A stretch of DNA of 58,265 nt, filler included, from Sphacelaria rigidula (taxonomy: Eukaryota), in NCBI GenBank assembly GCA_964200075.2. It is 7 parts of 7 records of this genome, joined end to end, with 100 filler letters (N's around TTAATTAATTAA, not from the genome) between each part and the next. Parts side by side here need not be neighbours in the genome. Positions count along the whole stretch, not along the records: positions 33,355 to 41,591 come from CAXNAA020011817.1; positions 41,692 to 49,928 come from CAXNAA020011818.1; 5 more parts are not named here. One strand, given 5' to 3'. Positions 35,497-47,869 of the stretch are shown piece by piece. A program made the position numbers and the translations under genes. The notes under the pieces are model-generated. The model saw nothing but the letters and a program-made list of their open reading frames with translations. It searched no databases and was not told where the DNA came from. The first letter of the stretch is position 1. The number at the start of each line of letters is the position of its first letter.

Positions 35497-36551
35497 CGAG
35501 CTGGGCGAGCAGTAAATCCCGTAAGCTATTGGCACCGTAAGCTATCTAGTTTTCGAAATCAGACCGCCTTGAGCATATCGGTATGACCTGCCGACCCAGT
35601 TGGTAACGCACCGGGCCGCCGCTGAATGAAAAAGAGTGAAGAAATGTACTGCATAATGCATCACCTAACCGACGGAACAAAAAAAAGGCCATCCGTCGGG
35701 AGTCGAAGTGATGATCTCCAGAATTCGAGTCAACTGCAGCGCTTGGATTCAATGACCGCAGTCGTGCCACACGAAAAGTTGGATGCTGCGCCAAATTTCT
35801 GAAAGTTTTGGCCGCAATTGCACCAGGATTTCCTCCACGGAAGGACGCACAAGTACAGTACCGATGCCCACGTATTCGTTTTTTTCCACGAGGAGGTTAG
35901 GCCGCTTCTTTTAGACTGAAAAACAAATCGGTCCGAGAACTGCCGTTTTTTAACCTTTCACCTCGAATTATCGGCGGAATACGGGCCTTGGCGGATTTTC
36001 CACCTTGGGAAAGATTTGCTCTTTTTTTCACGAGGATTCCAGCACGCTTGTCCGATCTTTCGTACTCCCAGTTCTACTCGTTGCCGGATTTTGTTTTTTT
36101 CAGTCACATGAAAAAATTTCAAGTTGTCGGGCAACAGTACGTATTTCCCCGACAAGTGGGCAATTTCCGTGGCGACTGCAAAATTCCAGAATCCGGTCAA
36201 GAGTAAAACTGGGAGTACGAAAGATGGGACAAGCGCGCTGTGATACTCGTGAAAAAAAGACCAAATCTTTCCGAAGGGGGCAAATCCGCCAGGGTCCGTA
36301 TTCCGCCGATAAACCGAGGTGCAACGTTAAAAATAGACAGGCATCGGACCGATTTTTTTTTTCAGTCTAAAAAAAGCGGCCTCACAGCGTTTTTCTGTTT
36401 TTTCGAGAAACTGTAAATCGCTTGAAGTGCATGTAAATTTCTTTTTTTCTTGGCATCCTCGGGAAGGTTGTGTATTGTGATGATACAAATATCGTATCAA
36501 TATTTCAGCGCCCAACGCTTGCGATTACCCACTGTCAGCTGGCCCAGCTCG
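35497..36551. mobile_element. ~1.05-kb TA-flanked element with family E-type TIRs and a 484-bp internal palindrome (35899-36382)
   Basis: TA|CGAGCTGGGCGAGCAG ... CAGCTGGCCCAGCTCG|TA; palindrome arms AGGCCGCTTCTTTTAGACTGAAAAA... / ...TTTTTCAGTCTAAAAAAAGCGGCCT. Confidence 0.7.
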
Positions 36552-37440
36552 TACAGTATTTTTCTGCGTTGTTTGTTTGCCATCAGAACTGACCTTGGAC
36601 GCGGAGGGGTCCCGGCGTCGCTGACGACAGTATGCTTGTGTTTGCACGCTATGTTTTGAGCAACGACGTCGCGCGCCACCGCAGCTATAACGGCATGCAC
36701 CTGCTTGAACTATCTTCTCAGCTAACGGGCAACGCTGTTGTTTCCATGAAAGAGGGTGGGAGAATATATTTACGACTACAAACACAATCAAACGCGGCGC
36801 AATTGGCGCCGGCTCCTTTCGGATACCGAGTTTCTTTGTAATCAGGAGTATCTGATGCGCTTTTCCATCGCATGTCATGTGTCCCAACACCCCCCACCGA
36901 GATGGCAATATCTCAATACACACAGCAGATCCAAAGACAAATCAAACTGCTCTGTGTAGCTAAAATGCATCTCTATCACCTGTCGACGTCACGGCTGCGC
37001 GTATCCTTGCCGTGGATGAAAAACTCGATGTATAGTAAGGATCATCTTTCGCAATTTCCGCGCGATCCCAAGAACTAATCAGCGCGAGTGACATGTTACA
37101 CGATGGCTATTAGCAATTACTACTTGCCTCTTTAGTTTCAGTGGGCTGCTAGTCGTGCAGCGCGAGTTATCTGCGATCGCGTGTAGGTCGGCTATATTGA
37201 AAAATGGCTTCTGGGCTTGTACAGATTTCCGTGGCCTTTTTCCCGGTTTTCCGTCCATCGTTCGTGTGCTGTACTGGATGGAATTGAACCGGACTTCGAC
37301 AGAGGGGTAGTGTAGGATAAGTACTACAGCTGTGCATCAGCATAGTTGTCATTTTTCTGCCCTGTTGACTTATTTCACTTCACCAAGTCGCATTTTGGGG
37401 GTGGTGGTGAACGTGACACTAACCCCCGGCGTAACACTGT
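36480..37440 (-). repeat. ~1-kb dispersed repeat shared with 57220-58190 on another contig
   Basis: Continuous reverse-complement similarity, also visible in the ORF track (MHSCSTYP..SPVQFHPVQHTND; GEYIYDY..QTRR). Confidence 0.85.
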
Positions 37441-37590
37441 TCGTGTAAAACCGTTCTGAAATCGTGACAAATGAATCTGAGCTTCCCCGATTTGGTTCAA
37501 ATTGGGGCCTATACAATGCGTTTCCGGATCTGAGGTCCCCTGATCTGCGTACAGATCCGTTTTTGCGATTGCCATACAAAGTGGTCTTAG

Positions 37591-37799
37591 TAGAGGTATC
37601 TCAAACTCGGCTCGGTATCCTGGTTTGTTTTGTTCTATGTTTTCATGTGAAAGTGATGCGGATTCATCAGATGATGAGACCGTTTGACTGCCAGACAGGT
37701 CCTCTCATGAATCGCGATCACTTTCACTTGAAAAAACAGTGCACAACTCAGACCCAGCGAATACACCATTATACCGGGAGCCGAGTTTTGATACCTCTA
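37591..37799. mobile_element. 209-bp foldback MITE (TAGAGGTATC...GATACCTCTA)
   Basis: Long TIRs plus an internal inverted repeat; second copy at 40809-41021. Confidence 0.85.
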
Positions 37800-38409
37800 G
37801 TAGTAGGAGAGAGGTCTGGAAAGTTCAACGACTGAAACACATGACTGACGGACGTTGCACGTCTACAACGCAACAGCTCCAACCCGACGCGACGAAACAC
37901 GCCACACGTGCAGCACGCCTGGTTTTATGTGGGGGCATTTTTATGGATAGAACACGCCACAAGCGCAGCACGACTAGTTTTACGCGAACGAACAACCGGC
38001 GTTTACTCAATGCCATACTTGCCGCAGAAAACCGCTCATTTTGGGACGGTGGTGCTAGCTGAAAGAAACCGGTGGGCCTAACCATGAGCGGTACGATAAA
38101 ATGGTGAGGAATTACTGGATTGATTGACGGCGGTTGTCATGACTTGGTCGGGCTTCCTCTGCTTGCAAACAGAGTTGTTGTTCATTGGGGTACTGTTGCC
38201 CGCAACCAATGATGCAGTTTTTAATCCACCATGCACAAGAGGGACGGTGCATCATATCGCGCGCATCATATCGCATCATATCGCGCGTATCATATCGCGC
38301 GCGCAGCACACAACACGGCAAGCACAAGCACAACGAAACAGCGAAACGAACCCCCCACACAGACGGACGAATGTTCACCAGCAGGCTATAACTTGTCGTA
38401 CGCGATTAG

Positions 38410-38720
38410 CATCTACTCTGTTACATATTTTTACGGCTTTCGCTGTTTGTGGTGCTCTAGTTCTTTTTGGGCTCTCGCTATTTATGGTCTCTTCGAAACG
38501 TCTATTCTGTTCTATTTTTTTCCGGCTCTCGCTGTATGTGGTCTGTTCTGTTGGTCTCTTGAGAGCAAAGTATTCTGTTCTATTTTTGGGGGGCTCTCGC
38601 TGTTGAAACGTCCATTCTGTTCCATTTATTTCGGCTCTCGCTGTTTGTGGTTCGCTGTTGAAGCGTCTATTCTCTTCTATTTTGATTCGGCTCTCGCTGC
38701 TTTTTGTGGTCTCTTTTTTT
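38410..38720. repeat. Degenerate minisatellite, ~50-60-bp unit (CTATTCTGTTCTATTTTT..GGCTCTCGCTGTTTGTGG..)
   Basis: About six diverged units. A (CATATCGCG)-type repeat lies just upstream at 38250-38305. Confidence 0.75.
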
Positions 38721-39073
38721 GCTGCTCCTTTTGCTGCTCCTGACCTCTTTTGCTGCTCCTGACCACGTGGTTTTTTATGTATATTAGTGTTCCGAGAAGG
38801 GTCACACGCTGACTTGGTTCCAGTATCGAGCGGCGGATCATTTTGGCTAATAATATACAGGACAATAATAATAACTAGTGGTAAGCCACGGCTGACGCAC
38901 GTGGCAGCACCGCCGCAGGTACCAACGCCGCGGTTCTCGCACGCGTGGTGGTTTTAAACAAAATTGCGGAGAGCAAAAGTAACGGTAACCACAAGTAATA
39001 GGTACAAAGTATAAGCAAATGAGGACTTCCAGCCCCACGGCCAACATGGTGAGCGTTACACACGCGGCCATTT

Positions 39074-39305
39074 GGCTACCCCGCATAATTCCTCCAGGGC
39101 GGTCAACTTTTCGAGCCTCCGAAGGAAGTGAAAACCTCCGGAGGGGTGCGCGACTCTCCAGAGAAGTATTCTTTCGTTTCCTCCAGAGGGATTGAACGCC
39201 TCCGGAGGCTTGTTCTTGCCTCCGAAGCGCCGCGCATTCCTCCGGAGACATTTTGCTACCCACAAATTCCTCCGGAGGGGCGCGCGGCCCTCCGGGGCGG
39301 TAGTG
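39074..39305. mobile_element. Small CACTA-like element end with clustered CCTCCGGAGG subterminal motifs
   Basis: About ten variants of the palindrome CCTCCGGAGG, ending CGGTAGTG (reverse complement CACTACCG). The left end is degenerate. Confidence 0.45.
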
Positions 39306-39752
39306 TTTTCGCCGCTAGCGGTGGTTGGTCTATGTATTTGTACGTGTGAGCTGTGGCATTGGTGGTGTACGTGCCGTGCGTGCGCTATCTGCCAGCTCTG
39401 TTGTGTGCGGATGCATTCAGAAGTGGATTTTGAAAAAGGGGAGAATACCGTTCGATGGGAAGGGGCCTCATCTGTCACTACCCGTCGCATGGCCGATTTC
39501 CTTTCGTCTGCGTGTCTTCCAACCGCCAGCTCGAAAATAAAAAAGTGATCTGTAGGGATTGTTTCAAATTTCAAAGTTTTTCGCTTACTTGTACCCTCTC
39601 ATGGTCAGTGCACGCCGACGAATCATGAAGGGAAAAGAGCTGCCGCGCTTTGTGTGTTGTACCAAGCGGCAAAGAGAACCCCAGGTACAGACCGTGACGT
39701 GTGCCGCAGTAGCAACATCATGACGACTGCATAATGCTCTTCCGTTTGTTGA

Positions 39753-39850
39753 CCCTTTGACAGCGACGGTAGGTCACCCGCTGAATCGACATCAATTTTA
39801 CTTTAAAATATGTGTGATCCAGATGGACTACCCCCATCACAATCTGAGGG
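39753..39850 (+). mobile_element. ~100-bp piggyBac-type MITE
   Basis: TTGA|CCCTTTGAC...TCTGAGGG|TTAA; homologous to 53378-53477 and 55505-55607. Confidence 0.75.
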
Positions 39851-40808
39851 TTAAACGTGTTGCGCCGTGTTGCGTCCATTCTTACATGATCGCCATGGCG
39901 TCTCTTCAGCAAAATGTGCGATGTCGTACAGGCAGGACGATACACGCGTGCGTGACAATGTAGATAGACGGAAGCCCAACTAAAATGCGCACGACAGCAC
40001 AAGCTGTACCATACAGCGCATGCAGTGTCTTCTTCTCTCCCCCCCCCTCCCGCGCTGTGTTCGTCACCTTGTCCATGGGTATCACCAAAGGACCAAAGTC
40101 CATCAAACCTTCGCAGAGCGTGACCCCTTTCTGCCGCCAGTTTTCAATTTCATTATTTTGAACACCACGGTGAGTCACCTGGGTCTTGTACTCATTTGTC
40201 AAGTGAAAATTATTCCGAAACAACAGAGAACTCGCCCCGCGGGTGACACGTGCTTCATGCTCTTTCAAACAAAGGATGGGTGCATAGAGATGGCGTGGCG
40301 AACATGGCGGTATCGAGGTGCAATGCAGCATAGCTGTGCAGTTGTCTGTCGCGGATATAGCGTTAAAATGTGGGTCGGATACGGTAGGTCAATTATTTTC
40401 AAATTTTAATACGATTTGTGTCTGGGATGGTGTCAAGTGAAAGCTTGGAAAATAGGGCGCAGGTGGCGTCGGGAAAATTCTCTTAGAATAAACCCGTCAG
40501 AATGAACCATTTTTCCGTCACTGTTCGGTGTTGGAAGGTGGACACGAGGGCGAGGATAATCCACAACTTAGACGGTATATATAAGTACTGCCGTACTGTA
40601 GTGCAAGAGCGACTGCACATGGACGTACTGTCGTACTGGAGTGCTACAATATATCATCTGGACACGCGTGACTGAATGACATGACTGACCCCTGTGTGTA
40701 CCCAGCCCGGGCAAACACGCAGACATCGAAAACAAACATGCCTCACCAATACATACACACATATATTTCTCGAGAGTTTTCCCGCTGAGGCATATATACA
40801 TACTATGA

Positions 40809-41021
40809 TGGACGTATCTCAAACTTGGCTCCCGGTATCCTGGTTTGTTTCGTTCTATTTTTTCAAGTGAAAGTGATGCCGATTCATTAGATTATGAGAC
40901 CGTTTGACTGCCACGTCAGGTCCTCTCATGAATCGCGATCACTTTCACTTGAAAAAACAGTACACAACTCAGAGGCAGCGAATAAACCAGGATACCGGGA
41001 GCCGAGTTTGAGATACCTCTA
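40809..41021. mobile_element. Foldback MITE, second copy
   Basis: Near-identical to 37591-37799. Confidence 0.85.
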
Positions 41022-41591
41022 GCAATAACTTGAATTTCACCGTGTTCGCTCACAAAGCGGTAGTTCTGCTACCTTCATGATGTGTACAACCTATAGGCGT
41101 GCATTAAACATGGATGGGAGAAAGCGAGCATATAGGTTTTTAGCTTTGAAACGATCACCAGTTTTACATTTTCCAGGTCGCACTGGGTAGTCATCGAAAC
41201 AAAAGGAACTCGGCCACCGAATGAGGAGTGTGAGCGATGAGAGAGAATACAACATCATGTTACTGTCCAATTGTACTACTGCACTGTCCTGAGGGTTGAT
41301 TATGGTGGCTCCGATTGAGAGGGTGAAAATGTGACCCACGTCATCACGGTTGGGGTGTCCTGTATTTTGTGTATCCAGTGCTCCCGCGAGCCACGTGTTT
41401 ATCTCGACAGTTCCTCCGCTCAGAGGTATGTGTGGAGAAAAAACGGTGAACGACCTGATGTTTCTGTTCGTACATCGCTCAGATGCAACAGTAAACATAA
41501 CACTCTGGAGCAATGCTACGGTAGGGGGTGCACTTTTTTCGCGAATTTTTGTCTGGTTCAGGGGCTCCTAACGATTCTCGCCGCACAAGAA

Positions 41592-41691
41592 NNNNNNNNN
41601 NNNNNNNNNNNNNNNNNNNNNNNNNNNNNNNNNNNTTAATTAATTAANNNNNNNNNNNNNNNNNNNNNNNNNNNNNNNNNNNNNNNNNNNN
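41592..41691. other. Artificial contig spacer
   Basis: N44-TTAATTAATTAA-N44. Confidence 0.99.
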
Positions 41692-42035
41692 GTAGGGATG
41701 CGAGGTCAATGGTCTCATGACTATGGCATGCATGATCATGAGTACACTCTTTCATAGGATTACTCTATTCTCATACCTACCTATTATCGTGCCGGGGGGG
41801 GAGGGGCACTTGTTTATTGATTGCCTTCGTCGTTTGACCATTGCATTGACCACGCAGGGGGGGGGAGGGGGAGGGGGGCACGGTTCGCTTTTTTTGTCGC
41901 ACTTCTAACCACTCTGCGTCCTCGGGACGAATCCGTGGCCCCAAGGGATCAACCCACCTCTTTCTTGTGTACACGCCTCACATTTTGGTACTTAGAATTG
42001 GATTATGACTTACACTACCGCACCGCGTTGACTAT
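41692..42035 (-). repeat. Cluster of fragments: family D (41692-41742), LINE tail F (41795-41855), SINE B 3' part (41887-42035)
   Basis: GTAGGGATGCGAGGTCAATGGTCT; GATTGCCTTCGTCGTTTGACCATTG; TTTTTGTCGCAC...CTCGGGACGAATCCGTGG. Confidence 0.7.
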
Positions 42036-42480
42036 GTCAGTGTATATGAGAGTACTCCGAACAAAGTACTCTCCACGACCAATTTTGAACGAGTCATGGA
42101 CCAATCGGTCGTCGGGGTCGTACCAGTGTATATATCCAGGTTCTCGATCTTTTGAAATGTTCGCTCGACCGAACAGATTCAGATCGTTATAATCAGTAAC
42201 CCTACGGTTTAGCTTTCCCATTTTCCTATACGTTCGTTGGACTGAAGTCGGAAAGCGTGTTTTGATTTTATATACGGTCAACAGTATCCTCCCGATGAAC
42301 GGGGTTTCACATCGCACCGTCCCGACAGCACAAGCTTGACAAATGTGTACTGAAAAAGATCTGCCTCTTTTTTCCACGCCTACCGACGTTCCTCCAGTGT
42401 GAACCCGGCTAATGTGCTCACATATGCCGAAAGTTATAGACCAGAGATTGGATGATGACAACGCGCGCACGCACACACAC

Positions 42481-42537
42481 TACTACTACCACTACTACTG
42501 CTACTTCTGCTACTGCTACTGCTACTACTACTACTAT

Positions 42538-42576
<39 letters not shown>
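42481..42576. repeat. (TAC)n microsatellite
   Basis: Read directly. Confidence 0.95.
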
Positions 42577-43316
42577 CAACTCTTGAAGGCTTGACTAAAA
42601 ATGAGAATCGGTCGGCGAAAGAATCCCGATTGAGTGAATCATATTTAAAGCGGGACTACTGTAACATTGCTGTGGACCTTGTGTACACGAGCTTTTGAGG
42701 CGTGAGAATTGGAAACTGGCACCGTTGGGATAGCGAACATGTTCCCGTTTCCCGTTCCGCAAAGAGAACCAACTGTCCCAAAGACGTCTGATCAAGCGAT
42801 TCTGCAGTTCAGATCAACCAACCGAAATGTCAGAAACCTTCCCAGTCTTCGAAGTTTGAAATAAATTCAATCATGACGCCTGTCACAAGTGTGCCACCTC
42901 TGTGTTGCTATAGTGTACTGCTGACTGTGCTAGTGCTTATGGTGCTTATGGCGCTTATGGTGCATATGGTGCTGCTGCTCTTGTGCTGCGTGCTGTCACA
43001 AGTTTGTGTCGAGTTGTGTGAGCTGCGAACCATCTGGAGCACCGCACCGTAGGAGATTTGATCGGACTTCAAGCTTGCAAGTGTCGTGTGCTTGGACATG
43101 CGCAGCTCGCTTGCGATTCATTCACCCCTCTTTTCTCTGCAAGTTTTGACAAATTTTTTACCCATTTCGCACGCACACACGCTCGTGAGCACGTATCGCA
43201 TCGCATGGATCTTGAGAAAAGGTCCTTGGACGCTTTTTTGTGTGGTCGTGAAGGCTGACGCTGGTGACGGTTGAGCCAAGCACACATGCTGCGCTAGGTG
43301 TATAGCCAGAAAATGG

Positions 43317-46300
43317 TGTTAAGGGTGCCGCTTGGGGGGTGAACAATCCTGTTCAGCCCACCGTGCAGAACGGCCAGTAGAGCAGAGTAACACCGGGAGG
43401 TGATTCCTCACTTCGTTCCACTTTAGACCGAGATATCGGAGACAGTACCGGAGCTCAACATCGGTATCTAAGACAGTGTTCTACTTGTCCCTTGATCACA
43501 CACAAAACTCCACGTTACGAAGGTAGACTAAATGTGCTCCAAATCTTCATTTCCTAGCATCCCCCCACTACACAAGCACGCACTAGTTTCCATCACCTGG
43601 CACCACCATCTCGACACGATGTTGCCTACGTCATTCAGCTGAAAAACAGAACAAGGACATGTCCTAGAGCTAGACCGGAGTCAGGCTTTGAACGCATTGA
43701 TCAGCTTGACGAGATAGCGGTGCCTGCGTTTCCTGAGGTGCTTGGTCCCTATATGGACAAGTGGATCCTCGGCCTTGACATGACGAACGTTGATTTTTCC
43801 CTCCTTGACCTATTCTTGTATGAAAAAGTACCGTAGAGCTACGTGCTTGACTTATAGTACTAGCTATAGGTCCGCTTGGCGATGACATGAAGAGTTGAGG
43901 CGTTGTCGATGTAGACGGGAGCATAATTAAAGCGCGTGTCAAAGCTCAGCGCGCGCATCATGTCCGAACAAAATACGGCCTCCTTCATGGTGGGCGCTGT
44001 GGTCACGAGTTCTGCTCCTACGGTCGATTGCGCCAGCAATCCTTGCAGTCCCACGTTGAAACTCATCGGGCCATTCAAGATAAAGACAAGGTAAGATGGC
44101 GTCGATTTTCCGTTGTCTGGGTTTGTTACCCCAGTGTGCGTCGGAGAACGCCGCCAATTTAAAGCCGCTCTGTTTGTAGGTGATGCTGTGGTTCGTACTC
44201 CCGACCAAGTCCCGGAGTGAATGTCTGGCCGCTGCCATGTATGCCTTGGACGGTTTGGCCATCGCCCGCGCCAGTTGGTTAACGACATGTCCAATGTCAT
44301 GGCGACTTACCTATGCGAGGTACATAGCGCTGCCTGTGATGGCCTGGAATCTCCGTTTGTCCTTTTTCTTTGGCAGTTTGTTCTGCGGCTGATCTTGTGA
44401 CGGTTCCTGTCTCATCCTAGGGGTGTACACCGAGTTACAATTCGCCATCCCGTATCGCTCCAGCAGGGGCGTGGTATAGCTTTCCTCGGTAATACTAACC
44501 TTCTTCTTGCTCCTCGCGGTCGCGAGTAACCCCCATGCCGAGCACCAACGACACTTCTCCCATGTCGGTCATCGACAAGCGCCTCATCAGTTTCCGCTCG
44601 ATATTGTCCAGCGCGTTTAGGTCTCTCGCGAGCAGTAGAACGACGTCAACGCACAAGGTTAACATGTAGAAATCGCCGCTCTCCTGGTAGATGTCTACAC
44701 AGGGGACCGACTTACGCATCTCAAAACCCAATCTCCTCCAGGTGTGTGTCGAACGTGCCTCACTGACTGTACTTGTTTCCGCCGTTCCACTCTCCTACGT
44801 CCGATCCCGCTCTAAGGGCGAGTCCATCTTCAGCGGCGATGATGCCGCGGAACATTTCAGGCTGGCTATTGTTGTCAAACATTACACAGTGATACAATGA
44901 GATACCGAGCGTCAGCCAGACATGGTGGATTGCTGCCACTATTACCAGTGTAGGGTCTGTGGCCAACAGCGCCCAGCTGGTCGCCAGAAGCACTTTGATG
45001 AGTCTGCCACGAAGCCCCAGCCTCTAAAGTGTTTCTTCGTCGCTCATGAGTGCCGAACCCTCATCCCCTTTGCCGTCAGATCCTCCGAATGCTCTGAATA
45101 GCCCGCTGATGTCAAACGAAGCAACTTGTTCGTTTGTGGGAGTGAACGGCCAGAGATCCTCCGTTTTTCGATAAGTTTCTGATACTCAGCGCTTCCGTGG
45201 TGTTGAATGAGATGGCCGGAGACTGCTCCCTTGTGCCGGGGAATACCGGGTGACGTGACCATTGCGCCCATTTGTTCTCTCGGTATTGTTGTGCCCTTGT
45301 AGGACACGGCATTCTCCTTCGTCGTGGTTGCTGGTCACGTGGAGTGAACACCACCGTGGCTTGCCGCCTCCCTGATATGTCTTGTTTCCCCCGCTCACCA
45401 ATCGGGCCGCTTTCCAAGCGGCGCAGTCCCTTTCCAGTTGACCTCGCTTCCCGCAGAAGAAACGTTCGATACCGCTCCTTCTACCGCCGTAACTCCCTCC
45501 ACTTCCCTGCATGGCCACGCCGCGGCCTGCGACCAAGTTTGCGGCGTTCGGGCGGGAGAGGTAATCGACATACATGGTGCTGACCATATGTCGAATGCCC
45601 GCTGAATTCAAGTCGCCTTTCTTGCAACTGGCAACACGAACCCTTTCGTACTCAGCAGGAAGAGCTCGAAGAAGAATTTACTCGTAACGTTCATCAGGTA
45701 TTGGCTAGTCCATTTCCTACGTACGGTCGCGGTAGCTGTCCATGATATAGAGGAAATCGTTTGGATCCTCTGCGGACTGCATCATGTAAGAGTGCGATGT
45801 TTTGTGGCACTCCCTCCTGGTGTCCTTGGTATTACTGTAGTACTTCTCTTCCAGGACGGCCCACGCCGCTTGCCCATTGCCGACCATATGTGTTGTCCAT
45901 ATGTGTTTTGGCGGTGTTGTGCGCGGATAGGTCTGTGCTGAAAGAAAAAATCTGAAAAACTCTTGATTCGCTCGGTCCTATTTCGTCAGGGCTAGCTACC
46001 GCATCACGAGGCAATGCATCGTCGCCGATTAGAGTGATCTGCGGTCGGTTGGCCCTGTAGAATGTCGATGACCTCCTTCTGATGAAGCGACGGAGTAACG
46101 CGAAAATTGCCTCTATATTCCCTTGAGCTGGCTTTTTCTCTGTCGTCGAACCTCTGGCAGAGCTCTAGCACCCCTTGAATTCCCTTGTTATCCGCCATGG
46201 TAAACTAACGAAAAAATAACGAGGGAGAGGGTAGAGAGAGATGAAGATAATAAAAGGAACAAGAAAATACCCTGACGCCTGAAATGTGATCCCCCGCCGC

Positions 46301-46800
46301 AGCTCCAGCCTTGCCCACCGCCGCTTGACTTCTCAACAGGAACAGGATACGATGGTATCGGACGTATCAAATATGTTACATCGCCAACATGGCTGTGCAT
46401 TTCAGTTGTAAACGTGCACAAGTGTTTTCCCAGAAAGGGGTCCGAACACTGTTTTCGCAAACCAGCTGTAGTGTCTTGACATGCTCAGATGTAGAGTCGC
46501 ACTTCTACAGTAAATCACACGCCCTACTCGCTTCAGTTGTGATGTTACGGTAAACGACCCCCGCGTTGTCGTACTGTCTTCCTCCCAAAATCACGTACCC
46601 ATGCTGTCCGGGTCGTGCGACACTGTTGGAGTGCCAGACGCGCACAGATAGATGTAGTGCCGCCCTTAGGTTGACTCAACCCACGCTATTCTCGAGCATA
46701 GATCCCATCGTGATCCAATGCTGCTGCTCCAGATTCCGAGATTCTTCCCAGAGCCCGCTCGCTCCGTGTGCGCCAAGCTAAGAGCCGAAGCTCAATAAAC
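43317..46800 (-). mobile_element. Degenerate Ty1/copia LTR retrotransposon with internal deletion (gag, part of RT, RNase H, PPT, putative 3' LTR 43317-43559)
   Basis: gag from ATG 46198 with decayed knuckle FFCGKRGQLERDC. RT: GFEMRKSVPCV..LCVDVVLL..MTDMGEVSLVLGM. RNase H: FSDAHWGN..KST..AQSTVGAEL..YIDNAS..LRYFFIQE. PPT GTAGTGGGGGGA is followed by TG...CA. No matching 5' LTR seen. Confidence 0.92.
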
Positions 46801-47869
46801 ATGTTTGTGGGCTAATCAATGGACACTTGATGACTATGCGCTCGGGAAATTTCCTCACCGCGGCTTGGGTGAGCAGCAAGACTCGACGCGCTCAACACAG
46901 CCCACAAGGAGCTACGCCGCTTTGCTCGTCTATTGTGCGATATGTAGTTGTCATACTTGAAGGCACCAATTCTGCTGCGCGGTGTGTGGCCTGGGTTCAA
47001 TTATACTGTTTTGTGCGTTTGGTTGAAATTATTCCTATGGTTATGTGCGTGCAATTTTTTCCGGGCGCCCGTGAGTTTGTTCGTATTTTTTCACCGGGAA
47101 TCAGACGGGTTAAAACAGGCGAAATTCTACGACACGTCAACTCTTTGGGTTAGTTTCTCGACGACAACGACACGGAATCTACGGCGGTTTGTTTTCCTGT
47201 GTGCGCCATCACCCCCTTCTTTGCGTGGCGAGAGCCTTTTGTGGTTACACTGGCAAAAGTACGATCCTTCAGGAGGAAATACCTTGAGGAACAAACTCGG
47301 CTCTCGATGCGCAACACAAGATACCTGCCCGGGGATGCTCGTACTCCTCACACCACCAGTTTGTTCTCCCCTGTGCTGAGTATCGCCATCGAAACGTTTT
47401 GCGAAGGTTCAAGACTAAACGCAAGTTAGTACCCACCGTAGGGTTCTGGTATCGTGTAGTAGTTGCCAACAGATATCAGTAAGCAAAGGAATGCAGCCAT
47501 ATTTTTGAAGAATTGGTGTGGATGCCAAGATTTTATTTATCCGGGTTATTCTCGAGGGAAAACTTCATCCTCAAGGAAAGGCTCCATCCTCAATTTTGAG
47601 AGTCGACTGTTCTGAGCACTATTGATACTAAATTCTACCGTCGCCATGGAACGGGTGTTCAAGGCTACTGCTGTCCACCCGCTCTTGTGTTTTCGCCAAC
47701 CACGCCAGCCCCCCCCCCCCCACACGTACAAATGTCCGGGGGCCTCGAACACAGGATGCATGTACGTGTGTACTTGTGCCTGTATAGTCCTCGGAAACAA
47801 AAACAAGCCATTCCATTGTGACGCGACATGATGACTTCTGGGCGTGTGTGTGCCGGCAAGACTTTTCAC

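Noticed and set aside
38410..38720. CRISPR-like array
   Set aside because: Units are degenerate along their whole length with no unique spacers, no cas genes, and a eukaryotic context; it is a minisatellite.
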